DNA of 64,000 bases, taken from assembly GCF_009914755.1 (NCBI RefSeq), contig NC_060937.1. One strand, given 5' to 3'. Under the pieces are notes generated by a model that saw only the letters and a list, made by a program, of their open reading frames with translations, was not told the origin of the DNA and ran no database searches. Both the position numbers and the translations under genes were made by a program. Origin of the DNA: the human T2T-CHM13v2.0 reference genome, Homo sapiens. Positions 59,721 to 64,000 of the stretch are shown in pieces. Position 1 is the first letter of the stretch, and every line of letters begins with the position of its first letter.

Positions 59721-61975
59721 ACAGAGGTAAATGCATTCTTTTGCATTCCAGCCTTAAAACTCAATTATGCAACTGTAGAGTCAGAAAGGGATGCCTAGGA
59801 GTTCATGTGACAAGGCTTATTTGTTTAGGTTAACCGTAGTATCAGTGTAAGTCTTACAATGTGGAGGGAAAAAGGTAAGTGAGAGCTGAGGTCACGTTAA
59901 AACAAATAGAGCCCCTAAGGAAATGTTTCTCAAAATACGGGTTGAGGAATACTTGTTCAAGTACTTGGGCTGTTTTGTAAAACGCAGCTTTCTGGGCTCT
60001 AGAAATGTAAATATTTAAGACGAGGGCTCAGAAATGTCCATTTTTAAACAATTTCCCCAAGTAATTCTCCTACAGGTAAAAGTTTTGAGAATTGCTGAAA
60101 ACAAAAATCGAGGCTGTCTCACTGGGCACTGCTGGGGCCAAGCTACACCCAGTAGGTCGGGCTCAGGTTCCAGTGCTGTTGGAAACACAGGTCCTGAGCG
60201 ATGAGACCAGGATGGTGGACATCTGCCACGCTGTGACAAGCAAAATAACAAAGAGCCCCCCTGCGCTGTTTAGCCTAGAGAATTTTCAAGAAGACATGAG
60301 CGCTTTCTTCAAAATACAATTGTGGAAGAATGTTTGAATTTTTTTTTTCATTGTGTCCCCAGAAGTTAGAATTAAAACCGATGAAAACAAATTATGAACA
60401 AAGTTGGGTTTAATATAACCCGTATCCTACCTAAAAATAGAATGAACCTCCTTCGGAGATGGTGACTTCTCTATCAATGGGGGGTGTTTCAGAAAGGAAG
60501 GGGGAAGTCTTGCCGGATATTCTGCTGCTATGAATCTCTGGGAGGCTGGCTTCAGGTCAATTTTGTGCACCAGTACCAGACACTTCCTAAGGCCTTTGCC
60601 TATAAAAATCTCCGTTTCAATATTGAGAACCAGCATGTTTTCAGAGATCAATGAAAATAATTTCAGTGTTGAAATTTTTAAAAACTCAAATGAAATAACC
60701 AGGCCTCTGGATTTTGTCTGGCATAGAAAATGCTGAGAGTGACCTGATGGTTTTCAGAATCACGTTGGATACAGTTGAGAAAGAACTTAAGCTCCTCATT
60801 TTGAAGATGAAGACAGGAAATGCATTGTCAACAGATGATTGCCCCCCCGCCCCACCCCGCCCCGCCCCAAAAAAAGGCAGGGTTGTTCTTGGGGCAAACT
60901 GGAATCTCCTTTTGCAGACGAAATCTTTCTGCAATGGCTGAGTCAAGTTCAGCGGAATGGGAGGAGAGTGGGCCGTGGGGAAACGTGTTACTTGTGTGTT
61001 ACTCTTAGCAATCGTATGATCCTTATTTAACTTAAAAAAAAAATCTTTCCTTTAAAATTACACATGCATAACCCGAATAGCAGTTCCATCACTTCTTTTC
61101 AAAATGTGCATTCTGAATTTAATTCTTTTCTAATTTGAAATATTTGAAAGTGCCGACTCTAGTTCGTCTTTCAGTACAAACCAACATGCCATGCAGCAAA
61201 CTCACATTCCTTATTGAAAGGGGAAAAGCGCTGTGTTTTTTGAGAGGGAAGGGAAACACTTTTAAGTGAAGCACTTACAGTTCATGTCGTTTTCAGTGGG
61301 AGATGAAGCTGCTGAGAAATTCAATGTTTGTTTGTTTGTTTGTTTTTTCCACAATACAATGAATTTTAAAAAGTGAGCCCACTCATGACTCAAATTACCC
61401 AAGTCTGACCCAAGCGAAGGTGCCCCTGGAGTTCTGGAAAACGCAGGAGGCCTCCGCGGGCTGGGTGCGCCCCGAGCACTGCCATCCCTTTTCTTGTAAT
61501 TACTTAATAGCCTGTGCCTTTGTCTTTTGCTTTGTTTTCTTAAGGAAATGTTAAAAAAAAAAAAAAAAAACGGTGTACAATAAGAAATGAGACTTGAATG
61601 CGAGCGGGCGGGAGGCAGCGCTGAAAGAGGCGGCCGTGGATGCCACGGCGCTGGGTTCAAGTCCCGGTCCAGGGGGTTTGAGGGGACCGGGAGACAGTGG
61701 CCGCAGCGGCCATGGGGTCCCCGCAGACCTGGCCCAGAGTGCGGAAGGAGTCGCCTGAGCCGCTGTTTTAATTCGTGAATTCATTGAAAGACGAGAGGGC
61801 CCCAGGGACTCCCTGGGAACGCTTGGATTGCGGGGGGGTGGGGGGGGGGCGGTCAGGGCTTTCCTACCCTCCCCGTTTCCCATCCCTCAGAATGTTCTAG
61901 AAATCTCAGCACACAGGAAGATGCAGTGGCCGAGGCCCGTAGAAGGAAGCGGGCGAAGGGCGGAGGAGGACGCGC

Positions 61976-62005
61976 GGGGCCGGGGCCGGGGCCGGGGTCG
62001 GGGAC
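61976..62005 (+). repeat. (GGGGCC)3-GGGGTC-GGGGAC hexamer repeat
   Basis: Read directly from the sequence. Confidence 0.95.
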
Positions 62006-62570
62006 GCGGGGCAGGTTCGTGGCGCAGCCCGGGGAGACCTTGGGCGAGGCCTCCAGGCGGGGACAGGAAAGGGAACGGGAACGGGGACAGGGCGCAGGGC
62101 AGAGGGCCGGGACGGAAACGGGGACAGGGCGCAGGGCAGAGCACAGAGCGCAGGGGCGCAGAGAAGGGGACGAAGACGGGGCCGGAGGCGCCTGAGGGGG
62201 GCTCCGTGCGGGAATCGGCGGCGCCACCCAGCCCCGCACATCGCCGAGAGAGGCCCGCGTGCTTCTGAGAGCGCAGCCCCTGACGTTTCTGCTGCGCGCT
62301 GGGACCGAACCTACAGGAAGCAAAACCCTAGAGGAAGAAGTCGGCGGCTTTTTGGCTCGGAGACAAAATGGAGCCCCGCGGATGCAGCCTGGGCTCCCTC
62401 GGGCGCATCCCCAGAAGCTGCGGGTGTCCCCGGAGGACTTGAAGTCCTCCCGTGCGTCTCGATGCCACCAGTTTTTGTTTCTTTGGTGAGGAATCGGTTC
62501 ACGGTGAAACTTCATTCCTCAGCCGGTGGGGAGCCGAGGCTGGGCCGGGCGGCGAGGGTTGCGCTGGGAC

Positions 62571-62589
62571 GCACTGCCCCCTACTGGCC
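62571..62589 (-). promoter_or_regulatory. CTCF motif
   Basis: The reverse complement GGCCAGTAGGGGGCAGTGC fits the CCASYAGRKGGCRS core with no mismatch. Confidence 0.7.
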
Positions 62590-64000
62590 GCTGCGCCGCG
62601 TTCCCAGCTGCTCGAGCGGGTGGTTCAGTGAACTCGGATTAATTTAAATACAGCCGTAGATTTGGCTTTTTTCCCTCCCGGGCGAATCTAAATTTAAAAA
62701 AAAAACTAGGGAGAGTACCAAACTTAAAATAATAAACAGACTGAAGGATATTATTTCTTAACCTTTATACAGCCTCCTAAAAGAGTGAAAATTTCATTGT
62801 GAGTAAAATCAGAGTTTGGCTCTCTGGTATCCCTTCTGCTTTAATGTGCTTTGAGACTATTCTTATGAGACTAGAAATTCTTTGGTTAATGCATATTTAT
62901 TAAAGACTAAATCATACTACTTTCCAAAATATTAGGCTCTATCAGCAATCCTTGATATGCAAAGAAACCATCTTAGTCCACCTCCAAGAGCAAAACAAAT
63001 AATGCAGTGAAATATCTTTAAAGTTCAAACAGAATGTTACCAGACATACTTGAGTTATAGCGTCCAAATTACTAGGTTACATAAATTGCTCACAAGCAAC
63101 CATCACCTGATCATTTTATGTTTTCTAATAACTTAAATGTCCCTAAATTGTAGAGTAGATTAATGCGTAATCGTTAAAGGAACTGTGCTAAAGTCAAAGT
63201 CACTTGCAAAGCCTGGATTGGAATTAATTGTCTCAAAATCCTTAGCCTACTGCTTCAACTACAGAACAATGCTCTGCCTTTATTAGTAAGTAGGAGAAAG
63301 AAGTTGTTGTGTCAAACACTTTATTGCAAATCCGAGGTTCAGCAGTGAATTCTAATTAATTTTATTATTAAAAAACCCCAAACTTTAAAACATTTTTTCA
63401 AAGGGTGGCAACTGTGGCATGGAAATGGATGGATCATTGTTTATTGAAGGGATGTCTCTGTTAGAGTTAGTTGTGTTTTGCTGAGTATAATTATTTTGGG
63501 GTTTGGAGGAACTGAGGTGGCTTTTCCTCCGGTTCTTCAAATTAAATAGCTGGATTGCACACATCTTCGTTGGGTTCTGGTTGAGTAAACTTCAGTGTAG
63601 TGGGGTGTCACATCACTTCCTGGATGAACAGTTGGTTGCCGAGAGCAGGTTTATTTAAAGCCAGAAACTCGTTTAAATAAGTCTTTGGTCACGCTGTTGA
63701 GGGGGCTGTTAATGCAGTGTGAGCAGCGACCATCCATGCATGGGGAAGTTGATAAAAGAATCTCTGGTTTTCTGACGATGTAGGTCTTAGTGGAGCCTTT
63801 TTGGTAAATCTAAGACTTTATGTTCATTTTATTATACACAGTCTTAATTTGAGTCTGAAAAGGGGAGCTCCAGGGCAGACATAAAATTAACTTCTCTTTC
63901 AGCGTCCTAACCTTTGGGTTTTAATTTATTCACTTGTCAATCTTATGAATGCCTCATGAACCCCAGCTATTGATTTCCGTGGCCAATGCTATTTTTCCTG

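Larger units (their letters stand above)
61430..62690. promoter_or_regulatory. CpG island, probable promoter or regulatory element
   Basis: About 1.2 kb of non-repeat sequence with very high GC and dense CpG against an AT-rich, CpG-depleted background, including GC boxes. Gene and direction cannot be identified. Confidence 0.88.

Noticed and set aside
60686-60946. Protein-like short ORFs on both strands near the island
   Set aside because: No recognisable homology and no convincing splice boundaries.
61976-62005. Identification of the locus as C9orf72
   Set aside because: The flanks do not match the C9orf72 repeat flanks as I recall them, and no C9orf72 coding exons are visible.
61828-62515. 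146-220 aa Arg/Gly/Pro-rich ORFs in the CpG island
   Set aside because: Stop-codon scarcity in GC-rich DNA leaves most frames open on both strands. There is no recognisable domain, and several start at non-ATG codons.

Overview
This is human/primate-type, repeat-rich non-coding DNA (intergenic or intronic). I can find no credible protein-coding exon. The only ORF with a recognisable product is an intronless PPIA (cyclophilin A) retrocopy on the minus strand (about 7992-8733). It sits inside a MER3 transposon together with an Alu. The rest is about 29 Alus, several solo ERV1/MaLR/ERVL LTRs, L1/L2/MIR fragments, hAT DNA transposons and microsatellites. There is also a G-rich 17-bp minisatellite, and a CpG island at about 61.4-62.7 kb with a (GGGGCC)3 tract and a near-consensus CTCF site. 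Repeat family names come from my recall of consensus sequences, so subfamily calls are approximate. I could not identify the locus, and I do not see convincing evidence of a new biological system. The best leads are the open-frame PPIA retrocopy, a thrice-copied Alu target site with a head-to-head Alu pair, the promoter GGGGCC repeat and candidate overlapping non-coding exons near 36 kb.
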